Counted from the stretch's first letter, positions 12,500 to 26,511 are shown. The stretch is DNA of 64,000 nt from Octopus vulgaris (GCA_951406725.2 OX597826.1:81716001-81780000); one strand, 5' to 3'. Translations and numbers: made by a program. The notes: a model not told the origin generated them from the letters alone.

Positions 12500-13520
12500 C
12501 CACCTTTCTCTCTCAATGTTAAAACCTGTTTGGGTAGAATATTCCTTAGAATGGTGGAAAAACACTTCACAGTCACACAGATACGGACGTTTGTTTAATA
12601 GACCCAGCATTAAGAAAATTTTAGTGAGTACCCCTAAACTGCGAACAGTTTAGGGCAGAGAATGCTCATGTAGGGCAGAGAATGACTGCCCAGTAGTGTG
12701 GGTCTGGTGATTCGAAGCCGAAGGGGTTGAATATGAGGCTGAGGTGGTTACTGCCACTGGCAGCCAGAGCAACAGCCTAAGCAGCAACACTAATTTTGCA
12801 ACCGGAAATAGCTGCAGCAGAACCACCAGGATCCCGTCCAGGAATATCAGCATTGGCAGCGACTTCAGCAACAACAAAAACAACAACCTCAGACACGGAG
12901 TTAATGAAAGAAACATCGGCGGTTGTAACACATCCAATGTACGGAGAAGAAAATATGTCGGTTCATCCGCACCTCACTTTAAGCAATATCTGAACAACCG
13001 CAAGGAATCTTTTAGTGTACCGAAAATGCGCAACATCATATCCCTAGCCAGCCACGTATGACGCTTAAAAAAGGAAGGAACCCCATACATAATTAAATGG
13101 AAGCTCCTTGAACAACCGGGGACCTATATAAATGGGAGCAAACGATGTAAGCTTTGCTTGGCAGAGAAGGCATGAATCATAAAAAACTCGCGTGACCCGG
13201 GGACCTTTTTAAACTTCAAGAAAGAAATATTTTGTCAATATCCTCATCTAAAACGTTTTCTTCTACAGACTTGGAATTTTCCATTCGTTGAATGGGGCCG
13301 TCGCAGCTCCTTCGAATATCACTATGGTCGGAGCCGATGTTATGGGATAACCCTGTCCTGCCTGCAGCACGGACAATTACTTTTTTGTTTACAAAACCCA
13401 CTGACCGTTACATATTCCTTCCTCCAGTTGTAGAAAAGTTATGCGCCTTTAGCCAATGAAGTCTGTCTGGCGAGTCGCCTATTCTACTCGACGCCTTACG
13501 ACCGGCCATAACTTTTAATC
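12500..13520 (+). mobile_element. Penelope-like element 3' part (GIY-YIG endonuclease), possibly Hydra-clade-like
   Basis: FSLNVKTCLGRIFLRMVEKHF, KYVGSSAPHFKQYLNNRKESF, IKWKLLE and KRCKLCLAEK...FLNFKKEIFCQYPH, with stops. Confidence 0.75.
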
Positions 13521-14599
13521 TCCCACCAAAGATATATTATTGACAATTAAAACAAGTTGAGGATTCAGTTTTCTCGAGTGCTTGTCTATCATTTACACAA
13601 TGTGTCTTCTTGAGTGGGCGGCAAATCCTGCTTTGCTTCGTGCCACAAAGTCACAATGGCATGCAAGGCTTCCGTTTAGACAAGCAGCGTTTTGGCAGCA
13701 TTAAAGACTTGTAGCATAAACTACGTTATCAAAGTGAGAGAGAGAGAGAAGGAGAGAGGGAGAGAGAGGGACAGAGGGAGAAAGAGAGAGAGAGGGAGGG
13801 AGAGTGAAACAAAGGAGCAATATATATTTCACAGACCATGTAACAAATTCAAAAGTCGTGTACGACTTTACTGAACTTCTGTCTTTAAATGAAAGTAAGA
13901 AATATGAAAATTACCAACTGGTGATTGAAGATACATTTTCAGGAATCGCTTTTCCATCTTGGCAGTTTGCAAGGTGGGATGGAGTTTAATATTTTTTAAT
14001 GTAAATGTATTTTTGTGTGAGCACGCGTGAAGGAAGGGAGGGGGAAATACACTTAACAAATATCGACCGGACTGAAATATTTCGCGAAGGTTCGATGGAG
14101 CAAATTACAGTTGGGGAGAGCGGAATAAGACGAAGTAAACGGTCCTTACAATAGGACTCTTGGAGTAAATCACTGATGAAATGTGACTGTGCTTTCTATG
14201 TGATGAGGTCTTTTAAGAAAAGTTTAATCTAAAGAAACCTGTAAATAACAATCCAGGAGATAATAAAGAATTGGAACCGAGAAGGAAAGTGTGGAAAGGA
14301 AATTAACGGTGGAGAGAGTAGAAGAAGTATAAGTTAGTTGGCAAATGGAATAGTTGTGGGAAAACGTCGCTCTTCGGTTATTTACAGTTTGTCAGCTTCT
14401 GTGAAGATACTTAATGGACATTGGCTCATTGTTGCACACATTCAGCGACATGTTCTTTCAACTAACTTCCACAAACACACACACATTCATTCACATTGAG
14501 ATATATGCACACACGCACATACATACACACTCATACATACGTGCACATAAATATAGAGAGAATATAAACATGCATACACATTGGCATATATAAGTATTT

Positions 14600-14602
14600 A
14601 TG

Positions 14603-14637
<35 letters not shown>

Positions 14638-14702
14638 GTATATATATGTATATATTTATATGTATATATATATATTTATATGTATGTATATATATATATA
14701 TA

Positions 14703-14767
<65 letters not shown>

Positions 14768-14862
14768 TATATATATATTGTATTTTTTTTTTTTTCGTAT
14801 ATATATATGTACGTATATATGTATATATATACACATATATATATACATACACATATATATAC

Positions 14863-14901
<39 letters not shown>

Positions 14902-15037
14902 CTATATATATATACACACATATATATATATACATATATATATACATATATATATATGTATATACACATATATAATGTACATATGTACATATAATAATAT
15001 ATATCTTTATATATATATATACATACATACATATATA
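14600..15037. repeat. (TA)n-rich compound microsatellite
   Basis: Direct reading; the source of the YIYI ORFs. Confidence 0.95.
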
Positions 15038-15039
15038 AT

Positions 15040-15700
15040 CAAATTAGCAACAAAGATATCCAAGGTAGTGTAGTACAATTGTTTCATGCTACTTCAATTT
15101 ATTAAACACTGTAAGTATTGCATCAGTTTTAAAATATCGAGCAATATTCAGCCACATATAGAATTTTCCAATTAAACTGACAACGTATATTCTTATATAT
15201 TTGCCAACATTACAAAGAGGGTATATATATATAGACAGGGGTTAATTTCACCTTTAAGAACTTGATGGTATTCGTTCTCCGTCTGTAGATTTTATCACTA
15301 AGTTCACTTTGTTATTTAGATCTATCAGTGGGGAGGGTTTTTTAAAATTCTTGGTTGAATGGAGACAAACAAGATTTTTTTCTATTTATAGATAGAGGAA
15401 GGGGTAGTACAAATGTCAAATCCATAAATCCATCCTTATTTCGGGGAATTTAGTTTAGACATATTTGAATATATTATAGCAAAAAGTTAGTAGGCTGAAG
15501 TTTCTATATTGATTTCTATATTTTCTATCCCTATATAAGATACTAATATTTACTGAAATCCTTTGAAAAATTATCTAAAGGATATTCACTTAGAATTCAT
15601 AATATAGAATTTGGCTGTTAAATGGCAAGGGATATTGAAAACCTCTAGAGCATTAGTAGCCTCTATTCTCCCTACCCCACTAACTTCAGCCTACTTTTTG
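15040..15700 (-). mobile_element. Decayed PLE 3' end / pseudo-LTR
   Basis: Degenerate LNNKVNLV-type C-terminus on the minus strand plus a partial hammerhead (GAAACAATTGTA at 15074-15085). Confidence 0.4.
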
Positions 15701-16189
15701 CTATGATACACATGTCAATGAGCGTAAAAACGTACCATAACAAAACCGAAGGACGATAGACTAGAACAGGTTGAATTGCTTCTTTTCAAGGCAGCAGTGT
15801 CAGTAGTAGTAAACACATTTGAACTCTGCTGAAACGAAGGGGTGCGAAGGTCCTTTTGTCTCTATGGCTGAGCTCTCCACCATCTGCCAAATCTATGTAT
15901 AGACCTGTAGATTATGATCTATTCACCAATCTGATGCCCAACAAGTAATGGTGATGGTGATAAGGAAAAAATAATAATAATAACAATATACTGCAGTTGC
16001 TGATACTAAATACTACAATAATACTGCAACTACTACTATTATGTTAGCACAGGAATCTGAGGCCCAACTACCACCCTTAACACTACCCCCACCCCTGTTG
16101 CTGTTGCTGCAACCACTGCTTCAACTGCACATAAAAACAATAATACCAGTGATATCAGTGATGATGATGATGATGATGATAATGAAAGG

Positions 16190-18930
16190 AAACGGGTGGA
16201 GTCTCTTTATGGGCTCATAATGATACATCTAGTGATGGTGTCACAATAAAAACACTGGTAACTGCGCAACCTGACAATCGCTACCTCATGTGAGTAACAA
16301 TGAAAAAAGAAAATATTGAAAATAACGGTGGTAATGAAACTGAAGCCAATGATGGTGACAGTGTTACACCCGGCAGGCGCAGAGATTCTGGTCCGGCTCT
16401 CGCCTGTCGATATCCAGAAAGGAACCACCACACACGGCGTAGATGGAGCTAGCAAATTAATGCTGTGGTCATGGAATGTTACTACCTGAGCAACCCGGTA
16501 GATGAAAATGGTGCTCAAATTAGGGTTTACCGACAACGTATGTATGAACATTGCAGAGAAATGGGATTGTTTCAACTCACGGAACAGAGACTATGAGATA
16601 AAGTTAGAGCAATAAGGAAAAATTGTTGGTTCACAGAAGTAGAGCTCGAAGCTATCAAAAGACGGGTCATGGAAAATAGCAGCAGAGATAAGAATGAAAA
16701 TAGAGTTCTTATTAATAAGAGTAATCTCATTGGAAAGGAGCGGTGGTAGCTTACTTGATGAGAGGCATATAGATAATCTCAAAGAAGACGATAAAACTAA
16801 TGGTGACATAACAGATGAACAAAGGGCAATTTACGACAGAATAAAGGCAAGACTACAGGAGAACGATAGCGGCATTATTTGTAACCTTAAAATGACTGAT
16901 GGAGGGAAATTAAAACAAGAAACGAAAAATGTCAATGAAATTCTGAAATACATCAGAACAAACAACATCACAGAAACAAATAATTCGATCAAGGCAGCAA
17001 GTATTGTTGTAGCAGATAACGTGGGTGTTGATGTCAAGAAAAAGAAACAATGGGAGTGACAAAAGAAAAGATCCATGAAAGATCCATGATGGAAAAGAAA
17101 AATACAGGCGGGGTTATGCTCTCAAAGGAAATTTCTGTGTTAGACCGAAAAGAGAAAGGGGGCTTAAAAGCGAACAAAAATACAGGGCGCTGAAAAAGGA
17201 AGTATAATATTGAAAGGAAGGGCCTCAAATTAGTAGTGGAGGAACTGAAACAGCGCCTCGTTACAAAGAAAGCAAAGATAGTAAGATACGACCAAAGAAT
17301 GAAGGGTTGCCACCAGAATAAGTTATTCAGAGTGGATCAGAAGAGATTCTATAAAGAAATAAATGGAGGATGTACAGATGAAAAGTTGATACCAGATAAC
17401 ATTGAAAGTCAAAGGTTTTGGAGTGACATCTGGAGCAAAGACAAAGAGCACAAGAAGGATGCAGAATGGTTGCAAGAACTGAAAAAAACAGTAGTCCGTC
17501 GAAAACAGACAGAACTAGTCATTTCAGTTAGGGAAGTGAAGGAAATCAGCAAGAAAAAATGGGCAACTGAAAGGCCCCGAGACCAGATGGAATTGAAGGC
17601 TACTGGATCAAAAGATTTGCTGAATGTCATGCACGAATAGCTGCGCAACTCAACACATTGTTAAATGCCGACCAAGGAACATCAGAGTGGTTGATATTGG
17701 GCAGGACAGGGCTGTGCTTGAAAAACATCGAAAAAGGCAATACGGTAGACAATTACAGGTCGACATCCTGCTTGCCACTAATGTGGAAGTTATTGAATGG
17801 AACAGCTGCAGCGTCAATGTACGAACATCTAGAAAAAAATGAGCAGAAGGGTTGCAAGCGTAAGTTCAGAGGAGAACAAGTAACTTAGCCATGTCATGGA
17901 TCGACTATCGTAAGGCGTACGATATGATCCCACATTCTTGGATGATGGAGTGTATGAACCTGTTTGGTATTGCATCAAATGTTGAGCGATTGCTTGGAAA
18001 AAGTATGGCGAATTGGAGGACGGACCTGACAGCATGTGGAAGAAGTTTAGGGAGAGTAGAAATTAGGAGGGGCATCTTCCAAGGAGTCTGCCTGTCCACA
18101 CTGATCTTTGTACTGTGCTTGATACCACTGACACTGATTCTGAGGAACGCAAAAGCTGGGTGTATATTCAAAAGCCGGCAGCTGTTCCTGGATGACCTCA
18201 AACTTTATGGAAAAGATGAAGCCCAAGTCAGTTCCCTCGATAATACGGTGTATACCTTCAGTGCTGATATCAGAATGGAGTTCGGACTGAGAAAGTGTGG
18301 TGTGTTAGTCTTGAAGAGAGGCGAAATCGAATGTATGGACGGGTTAACGATACCGCCAGGAGAGGTGTGAAGCAGATAGAAGAGACGGGCTATAAGTACT
18401 TGGGGTTTTGGAAATGGATAAATTGATGAAGAAAGAAATGACAGAGAAATTTAAGGTGGAGTACTTACACAGACTGAGACTGATCCTTAAGTCGAAATTA
18501 AATGAACGGAATAAGATCGAAGCTATCAATACCTGGACAGTTTCACTCCTTAGATATTGAGCAGGGGTAATCGCATGGTCTGTAGACAAACTAAACAGCT
18601 TAGACAGAAAGACAAGGAAGTTGCTATCTAGATATGGGTCACTCGAGCCAAAAAGTGACACAGACAGACTGTATGTACCAAGAAAAAGAGGGGAAGAGGA
18701 CTTATTGGATGCGAACACAGCATTAGAGCGGAAGAAAACAACATAGCATGGTATATAAAAAAATGCCACAGAACCGCTATTATTAGAAGTAGGAAGGTCA
18801 GGTTTGTATAGGATGAAAGATTGCAAAGATAAAGCACTATACAAGAAATTGAAAACGAATGAAACTGAAAATAGGTGGATAAAGAAAAGAATGCATGGAC
18901 CATTTCATAGGGATGTTGAAAATAAGACAG
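16190..18930 (+). mobile_element. R4/Dong-like element, N-terminus through RT, 3'-truncated, decayed
   Basis: N-terminal CYYLSNP and LFQLTEQRL-like segments, NKLFRVDQKRFY, DNYRSTSCLPLMWKLL, WIDYRKAYDMIPHSW, RGIFQG, FLDDLKLY and MHGPFHR; begins after (GAT)n. Confidence 0.88.
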
Positions 18931-19261
18931 TGTGCACGAGTGTGTATATGTGCAGATATCATTGCATGTATGTACAGGTAAGCTTACGTGTGTATGTGTC
19001 CGTGTACCATTGGATAACGATATACAGGCCGGAATGTGAGTGTACGTATCTATATTGTGTATGTCTCAATGTGTGGGTCTGATTTTCAACCGGGATATGC
19101 ATCAATGTGTGTGGACATCAGTATTTGTGGCTGGACGAAGGCGTGTTGTGGTCAGAAATGAAGTCCAAATTCAAAAAATAGAACAGAAAAGCACGGAAAA
19201 CCAAAAGGCGAAGGAGAGAACTGAACGCAAATCACATCTGATTAAGGCTTAATGACTGGTC

Positions 19262-19299
19262 ACTCCTTCCTTCCTTCCTTCCTTCCTTCCTTCCTTCCT

Positions 19300-19347
<48 letters not shown>

Positions 19348-19566
19348 ACCCACCCACCCACCCACCCACCCACCCACCCACCCACCCACCCATCCATCCA
19401 TCCATCCACCCACCCATCCATCCATCCATCCACCCACCCATCCATCCACCCACCCACCTATCTATCTATCTATCTACCTACCTACCTACCTACCTACCTA
19501 CCTACCTACCTACCTACCTACCTACCTATCCATCTATCCATCTATCTATCAATCTACCTATCTATC
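19262..19566. repeat. Compound tetranucleotide array TTCC-TGCC-CACC-CATC-TATC-TACC
   Basis: Direct reading of the sequence. Confidence 0.95.
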
Positions 19567-19714
19567 TCCTTGTTATCCCGATCCCTTTTGATCGGAACTT
19601 TACATTTGTTTCCTTTTTTGTTTCCTGTTTTTTTTTTCCATCTTCGAAAAGAAAAGCTCTACATTTGTATTTGTCCCCTCTGTATTTCAGCCCTGTGTGG
19701 CCAATAAAGAAAGT
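19565..19714 (+). mobile_element. LINE-type 3' terminal fragment with the GTCCCCTCTGT...TGTGGCCAATAAAGAAA tail
   Basis: The tail resembles the Meta-like SINE tail and the end of the insert at 60762. Confidence 0.5.
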
Positions 19715-20072
19715 TATCTATCCATCCATCTATCTATCTTATACACACACACACACATAGGCTAAGTTGTTTTGATAAAATGCAAAGGTCTATATAAATG
19801 TCCAATCGGTTTTCGTGTTCGTTTCTGATCTCCCATATTTTATGCTTTGTTTATTCAACCGTGTCTTATTATCGGTGTATTACATTTTATTTCATATTCG
19901 TTATTCGTTATATATACTTTATATATCTTTATGTTTTTTTTCTTTTACTGATGTGAGAATGATTCTTTCATTCTGTGTTCATTATGGACACAGATGAAAT
20001 GCTACAATAACTAAAAATGTGTTGTTATAAAAATAAGCAAAAGCGACAAGTAAAAAACGAGGTACTTATTCG

Positions 20073-20186
20073 AAAATTCACCTGATCAGGCTCAACATCC
20101 CACCCGTAATGCATAACAATTGACTGTACAGTATCTCACCCGTAAGATACGGGTGCATGCTAAGTCGAAACGATTGCTGTGATTTT
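20073..20186 (+). ncRNA. Degenerate hammerhead with a long helix II insertion (PLE pseudo-LTR-like)
   Basis: tcac-CTGATCA-ggct...cacccgt...acgggtg...agtc-GAAA-cgattg-ct-gtga, followed by AATAAA. Confidence 0.45.
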
Positions 20187-21155
20187 GAATAAAGAGTATC
20201 GTGAATTCCATTCTCTGTCACTCATCTTTTAATATAAACTATATGGACCCTAAGGAATTCCTGAAGTAAATCCAGTGGTATATGCCTGCATACTGTTGTT
20301 GACATCAGGTACCCGAATACTGGTGACCGGCTTTAAACAGCATACCACCAGGTGTCTCCTGAATATAAAGTTATTACTACACCTACATACACACAAATAT
20401 ACATATATACATATATATATATAACCAAGAAGGTGGGGGCAATTTGCATTATGTTCTATTTGTGTGAAGAATCCTAACTGTTAAATTTTATTAATAGTTC
20501 ACCAGAAGAAAAGTATTTTTCTTACATGATGTAATATTTTCGTTCAGCAATAAAGAGCATCCCTGAAACAGTTTTAGTGAACCTCAACCAGCCTCTGTTA
20601 TTGTAAATACATACACACACACAAACATGCACACATAAACACACACAAACACGCGTGCGCACACACACACACATATATATGAAACGGAACAAAAACGCAA
20701 TAGATGAAAATAAAACATCCAAACGGACAGACGATGCAAGGCGGATAGGAAAAACAACAATTAGAGGGACAAGAGCAAAAAAAAAAAAAAAAACCCCAAA
20801 AAACGGACGGGTCATTCGTGGCTTTCTTTCCTCAGTCAAGTTACCAGATGTCCTTACAGTATCGGGCAGTTACACTTGAGACTCTTCGCTCTGGTTGCCT
20901 CCAAAAGAGTCGAAGCTAAAAGCTTTAGATTTTTCGTAAAAAAGTAAGCGAATGTGTATAACAAAGACAAAAAACGGGGGAACACGATGACAAATACAAA
21001 CAACAAGAATATAACAACAGGTGTCTTTTGACCGAGGACAAATCAAATTGAGCTGGTGTGTATAGAGTGAAAGCCTTAAGGCAGGAACATCAGGGATAGT
21101 CATAAGTGGTGTTGGCTATCGGTAGTCAGGCAAAGAAAAAAAAAAATATATATGT

Positions 21156-21466
21156 ATTACGTGATCATGTGACCGACCAGGCTATCAGATGTTGCTACAC
21201 ATCGCTGGTCACAATGCGCTTCGCAGTGTTTTAGCCTTTAAATGACGCCACCCCGCTGGCTAAGAGAGCGGGCCAACAGAAGAAAGAGTGTGAGAAAGTT
21301 GTGGCGAAAGAGTACAGCAGGGATCGTCCCGCCCCCCTGCCGGAGTCTCGTGGATCTTTTAGGTGTTTTCACTCAATAAACACTCACAACGCCCGGTCTG
21401 GGAATCGAAACCGCGATCCTACGACCGCGTGTCCGCTGCCCTAACCACTGGGCCATTGCGCCTCCA
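21156..21466 (-). mobile_element. tRNA-derived SINE family 2 (head GGAGGCGCAATGGCCCAGTGGTTAGGGCAGCGG)
   Basis: A-box TGGCCCAGTGG and B-box-like GGTTTCGATTCC; further copies at 33364, 41171 and 58818. Confidence 0.85.
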
Positions 21467-21751
21467 CATATATATATATGTATGAAAAGTCACGCGCACA
21501 CATGTAGTGACGTAGGTGTGCGGTTGCTTGTGCGTCTGTTCAGTAAGAATGCAGCTCATCTATGCCTGTTGCTGCATTCCGACAACTGTTTTCAGCCTCT
21601 CACAGTCACAGGAACATTACTTGGCTATCAATTAAGAGGTGGGAATAATTAATTCGCGTAGAACGAAAGGAGGAAAGAATATTGCTTAGCAGGTTACATG
21701 GAAAGAATATAGCGCGTTCCATTATGACTATATGCGTGTGTGTGTCTGTTA

Positions 21752-21804
<53 letters not shown>

Positions 21805-21971
21805 TGCCTGTCTGCACGCACGAAGATGTGTGTATGATACATTTCACTAGCATAATCATTCTTAGAATATGGAACACCTTCCGATTCTTAGAGGTGAGAA
21901 AGAGTGCAACATAGGAGTTATAAACACACAAGTGTGTGTGTGTGTCTGCTTCTGTGTGTGCATATATATAT

Positions 21972-22132
21972 AGCGCAGGTGTGGCTGGGTAGTAAGAAGC
22001 TTACTTCCCAACCACATGGTTCCGGGTTCAGTCCCATTGCGTGGCACCTTGGGCAAGCGTCTTCTACTATAGCCTCGGGCCGATCAAAGCCTTGTGAGTG
22101 GATTTCCTAGACGGAAACTGAAAGAAGCCCGT

Positions 22133-22189
<57 letters not shown>

Positions 22190-22382
22190 GTGTGTATGTA
22201 CATATATGTATGTATGTGTGTATTTGTGTTTGTTCCCTCACCATCGCTTAACAATCGATGTTGATGTACTTACGTCCCCGTAACTTAGTGGTTTGGCATA
22301 TAAGACCGACATAATAAGTACTAGGCCGACAAAGGATAAGTCCTGGAGTCGATTTGATCGACGAAAGTCGTTGCTCCAGCAT
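21972..22382 (+). mobile_element. SINE family 3 (head GCGCAGG.GTGGCTG.GTGGTAAG, CORE-like CACCTTGGGCAAG) with internal microsatellite
   Basis: B-box-like GGTTCAGTCCC. Other pieces lie at 27441-27605, 27910-27981 (-), 47735-47790, 22602-22650 (-) and 52680-52825. Confidence 0.75.
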
Positions 22383-22764
22383 ATATATATATATATATAT
22401 ATATATTCTTTTATTATTTTATTTTTTACTTGTTTCAGTCATTTGACTGCGGCCATATATATATAAACACTCATACACACGTATATTAATGTGTATATAC
22501 AAACACATTGATATTTGACGGGCGGTGGGGGTGGAGACAAGGAGAGGGACAGGAATAGATTGTGAGTGAGAGAGAAAGAAGAACCAGTGTGTATAACACT
22601 CTTTTACTTGTTTCAGTCATTTGACTGCGGCCATGCTGGAGCACCGCCTTTAACACACTGTAAAATAGTGAAACATTAAAACACAATTCTATATCGCGTC
22701 ATTATCAGAGTTGAATTAAAATATTCTAGCAACATCCTCCCCTCCCATATAATTTCCGCGAACA

Positions 22765-22803
<39 letters not shown>

Positions 22804-23099
22804 ATATGTATATAAGTGTCTGTCTATACTTATATGTATATAAGTGTATGTGTGTGTGTTTCTGTATGCATGCATGTGTCTGTACGTGTGTATGTGTCGG
22901 TGCGTGTTATTTCTATCATAAATTTAATCTCATTTCAGCCAGTTTTATATTTACGAACGGTTTCATGCTCGAGAACATTCCAGTTTTGCAGAGATAAATT
23001 AGCAATCGTTGGATATGGCTGAGTTGAAATAAATGGTTAGGGCTCTTTGTTACTGGAACCTTGAAACCGCTATATCTGCTTTATGCATCTCGGTAATGT

Positions 23100-23880
23100 T
23101 GTAAAACCCGGAACGAAAGATATGGATGAAAAAGCACATTGAAAGAAACGAGAGATAAATAACAAGTTGTAGCTCTTACGACCATCAGAGTTTATGTCAG
23201 TGATGTCGTCCCTTTTAGATTGTTGTCTGCACATCAGAATGGAAATAGAAATCGTATGCTCAAGTTTCTTGTAAATGTGATGGTGGTATGAAGAAGGCCA
23301 AGTGTGAATTGGAAAGGATGCGGTTTGAAAGAGAAATTGAAAGAGAATTGAGAGAGAAATTGAAAGAGAATTGAAAGAGAAATTGAAAGAGAATTGAGAG
23401 AGAATTTGAAAGAGAAATTGGAAAGGATGCGGTTTGAAAGAGAAATAGCAACAGAGGTGGAGAGTGGGGTTGGAAGTACATGTGTGGCCACGAATGCGTG
23501 TGAATAAATGTTAAACGGGTGAATTATAACCTTCTTATGTATGGAGCGTTAATAGGGGTAATGCTAAAACTGCCACTTAGAATGTCCTCGGCCAGCTGGG
23601 TAAGACATGTTTCCGTTGATGAAGAAAGAGAAAACTCACCTCCCTTGCAGTCCCCTGCATGGAAGAAATACCTCAATATAAACAATTTCAATTCTAAACA
23701 AAGGCTGTAATTCCTAATGCTACTGTTGGGGTAATGTCTGGACGTTTCTAATAAAGTCTTGTCCATGTTATACCCTGAAGCGTTTTCTTTCATTAGCCAT
23801 ATGTCTCGTCAATGTTGTGACGTTATGCCTCACCTGGATTTTACAAGACACCCGTCTAGTCTTTTAACATTTCCGCTACA
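23100..23880 (-). mobile_element. Decayed PLE 3' end with an internal GA-rich minisatellite (23305-23445)
   Basis: RNYSLCLELKLFIL resembles the CxLCxxEKxxIL motif seen at 13140. Confidence 0.5.
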
Positions 23881-24484
23881 CTTATCTAGCTATCTATATA
23901 CGCACACGCACACATCTGCAACCCCCCCCCCATGAGAATCATTCTATGCTACGTCTCATACATGAAGGCTTGTATTTTTAGTGGGTACGTGGGTGTTACC
24001 TTTGCAAGAGTAACGTGTCTTTGTGTTTGGACCGGTTCATTAATTTTGCTTTATGCCAGGTGCACAGCTAAAGATTCTCAAACCACGTCAATTGAAAAAA
24101 TAAATTCTTTCAGTTATGTTTCTGTGGAAAAGGAAAATTATTTTCCACTAATGTAAAGTTTCCAAAGAATACGGTAAGAAGCTGTGTTAATATATGGCTG
24201 GTTTCCGTAATGCTTTATGCAAATATCGTTCGGCTTCGGAAGGCTTTATTCGCAAATTCGATTTTTGGAAGGGTCTATATGGACATACTGAACAAGAGGC
24301 TCTAATATATATTAAACACAGCTCCAGTGATGCCACATTAGCTTTACCGTGAACTCATTCAGATTCAGGTATACTCAGCTTACTCACACGATTAGAAAGA
24401 AGCATAAAAGATCAATAAAAGTCACTTTCGAAATACACCTGGATTATAAAACGGCAAAAACACCTCTAACTACAAAGTTGAATT

Positions 24485-25205
24485 GTCTACAACAAACTAT
24501 ATAAACAGATGAAAGGCGGTGCTATTGGAGTAGGGATCGCCGGTGATGTTGCTAACCTCTTCATGGTATGGTGGGACAGACATTTTAAACAGTGCCTAAT
24601 AACCCGTGACATCCGCTTAGCTATGTACTCTCGATACGTTGAAGACATTAACCTTGTGAAATGTAATAGTAATACAGATACAGATATAGACACTAATAAA
24701 TGAAGAACAGGTGATGACAGCTATACAACACATAGCTGACTCTATCCATAACAGTATAAAAGTTACCGTGGACAACCCCTCTAAACACCCCAGTAATAGA
24801 TTACCTGTCCTAGATACTGAGCTGTGGATAGAAAATGCTATGGTTAACGGAACTGTTAAACCCTGTTTACCCCACTCACACTAGTGTAAACCTATGGCTA
24901 ATCCACTGGTAATCCGTAGTGACTTAGCGATGTCGAGTACTACCAAGATCAACATCCTGGTGGCAGACTTAGAGTAATGATGAATGTATCCCCACTATGC
25001 CAACCACAAGAACGACAACAACACATCCCGCACTACATATTCCGAATGCAACGTTCCGGATACACACAATACGATAGAATCAGAGTGTACAAAGGAGCGA
25101 AAACAGGATTCGAACGCATTCTAAGAGATGACGAAAGTGGTATATGCCCCCTATACCGCAACGAGTTCTGGATTAGGTTAGAGAGGGACACCAACAAGAA
25201 ATAAA
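24485..25205 (+). mobile_element. PLE reverse-transcriptase fragment
   Basis: LYKQMKGGAIGVGIAGDVANLFMVWWD (motif B'), YSRYVEDI (motif C), NRLPVLDTELW and KPMAN...KINILVADL; contains stops. Confidence 0.8.
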
Positions 25206-25955
25206 ACCAATATTTGTGTTAGCTGCAATTGACAAGAAACTGCAGACTGCACCAATCCGCAAGCGACTTCAGCCCTCGTTGCTCCCCTCATCTAAGGCCA
25301 GAGGGTTAAAAACATGTGATAGAGAGATGTCCACTGATGATAGGGAAGGGGTTCTGATGGAGCGCTGGCTTAAATCACTACCAGAAGAAGAAGAACCCGC
25401 AATCTCTCTCAGTACCTCGTGCAGTTTCATCGGGCATCAAAGCATATTCGACATTTTATATATGAACATACTACACATACATTTTACTGGGAACCAGTCT
25501 TGAGAAAAGTTCCTTAATCTACACACAGAAAACAGTTGTTTAGATTTCTTCAGTTGATCGATATTCCGGACATTCCTCGTTGCACAACCGCAAATCCGGC
25601 ACGTTAAATATTTGCCTTTTTTTGTAAAAAGAAGACATGCCATTGAAAGTACAACGTAACAGGTCAATAGACAGTTTTAATTAAAGTGTATAAGCATACA
25701 TACAGATATATGCGCAAAAATATACATAAACACATACATATATTAATATCATCATCATCATTATTAACGTCAGTTTTCTATGCTGGCATGGGTTGGACGG
25801 ATTGACAGGAGCTGGACAGCAAGAGAGCTGCTCAGGCTCTGTTTGTCTGTTTTGGCATGGTTTCTACAGTAGAATGTACACACACACACACACACACAAG
25901 CGCGTGATCTCACGCGCAAACATAAACTCGACACATTATGAGCTTGTCTGTTTGT

Positions 25956-26006
<51 letters not shown>

Positions 26007-26272
26007 TGTGTGTGGGTGCGCGCCTGAGTGTGTAGATTTATGTGTCTGGCGTAGTTACAGTGCATCTGTTTACAGTCTGAATTTCACTGAATTTTATGAT
26101 GTTTCTCAGTGGTTTGAAACATAATTATCGATAAATTACCAACGTAAGTACCGGAGTCGATACGATTGAGCGAACACACGAAGGAGGTGTCCCGACAATG
26201 CCGTAGCGCAAGGACCAAACAGAATAACATTCCTACGTACATACATGCGTATACATAAATGCAGATATATAT

Positions 26273-26323
<51 letters not shown>

Positions 26324-26468
26324 TATGTGTACACAAATGTATATTCTATGATCATATAAATAGATGTATATTTATGTAAAGCTGCTTGAATTGATATATT
26401 TGCGGTTATATATTTATAGATACATAGGCATGGGTGTGTGTGTGAGTGAGCATGTGTGCCTCTGTATG

Positions 26469-26511
<43 letters not shown>

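Noticed and set aside
14581-15073. Long YIYI/CVCV ORFs (also 48243-48902, 52348-52715, 55077-55515 and many others)
   Set aside because: These are translations of (TA)n/(TG)n microsatellites, open in several frames on both strands.
15068-15130. Hammerhead at the PLE end (minus: CTGATGC...GAAACAATTGTA)
   Set aside because: Only the 3' half is convincing; there is no helix I partner and A9 is missing.
16180-16300. HDV-like ribozyme expected at the 5' end of the R4/Dong element
   Set aside because: I could not build the double-pseudoknot pairing from this decayed copy.
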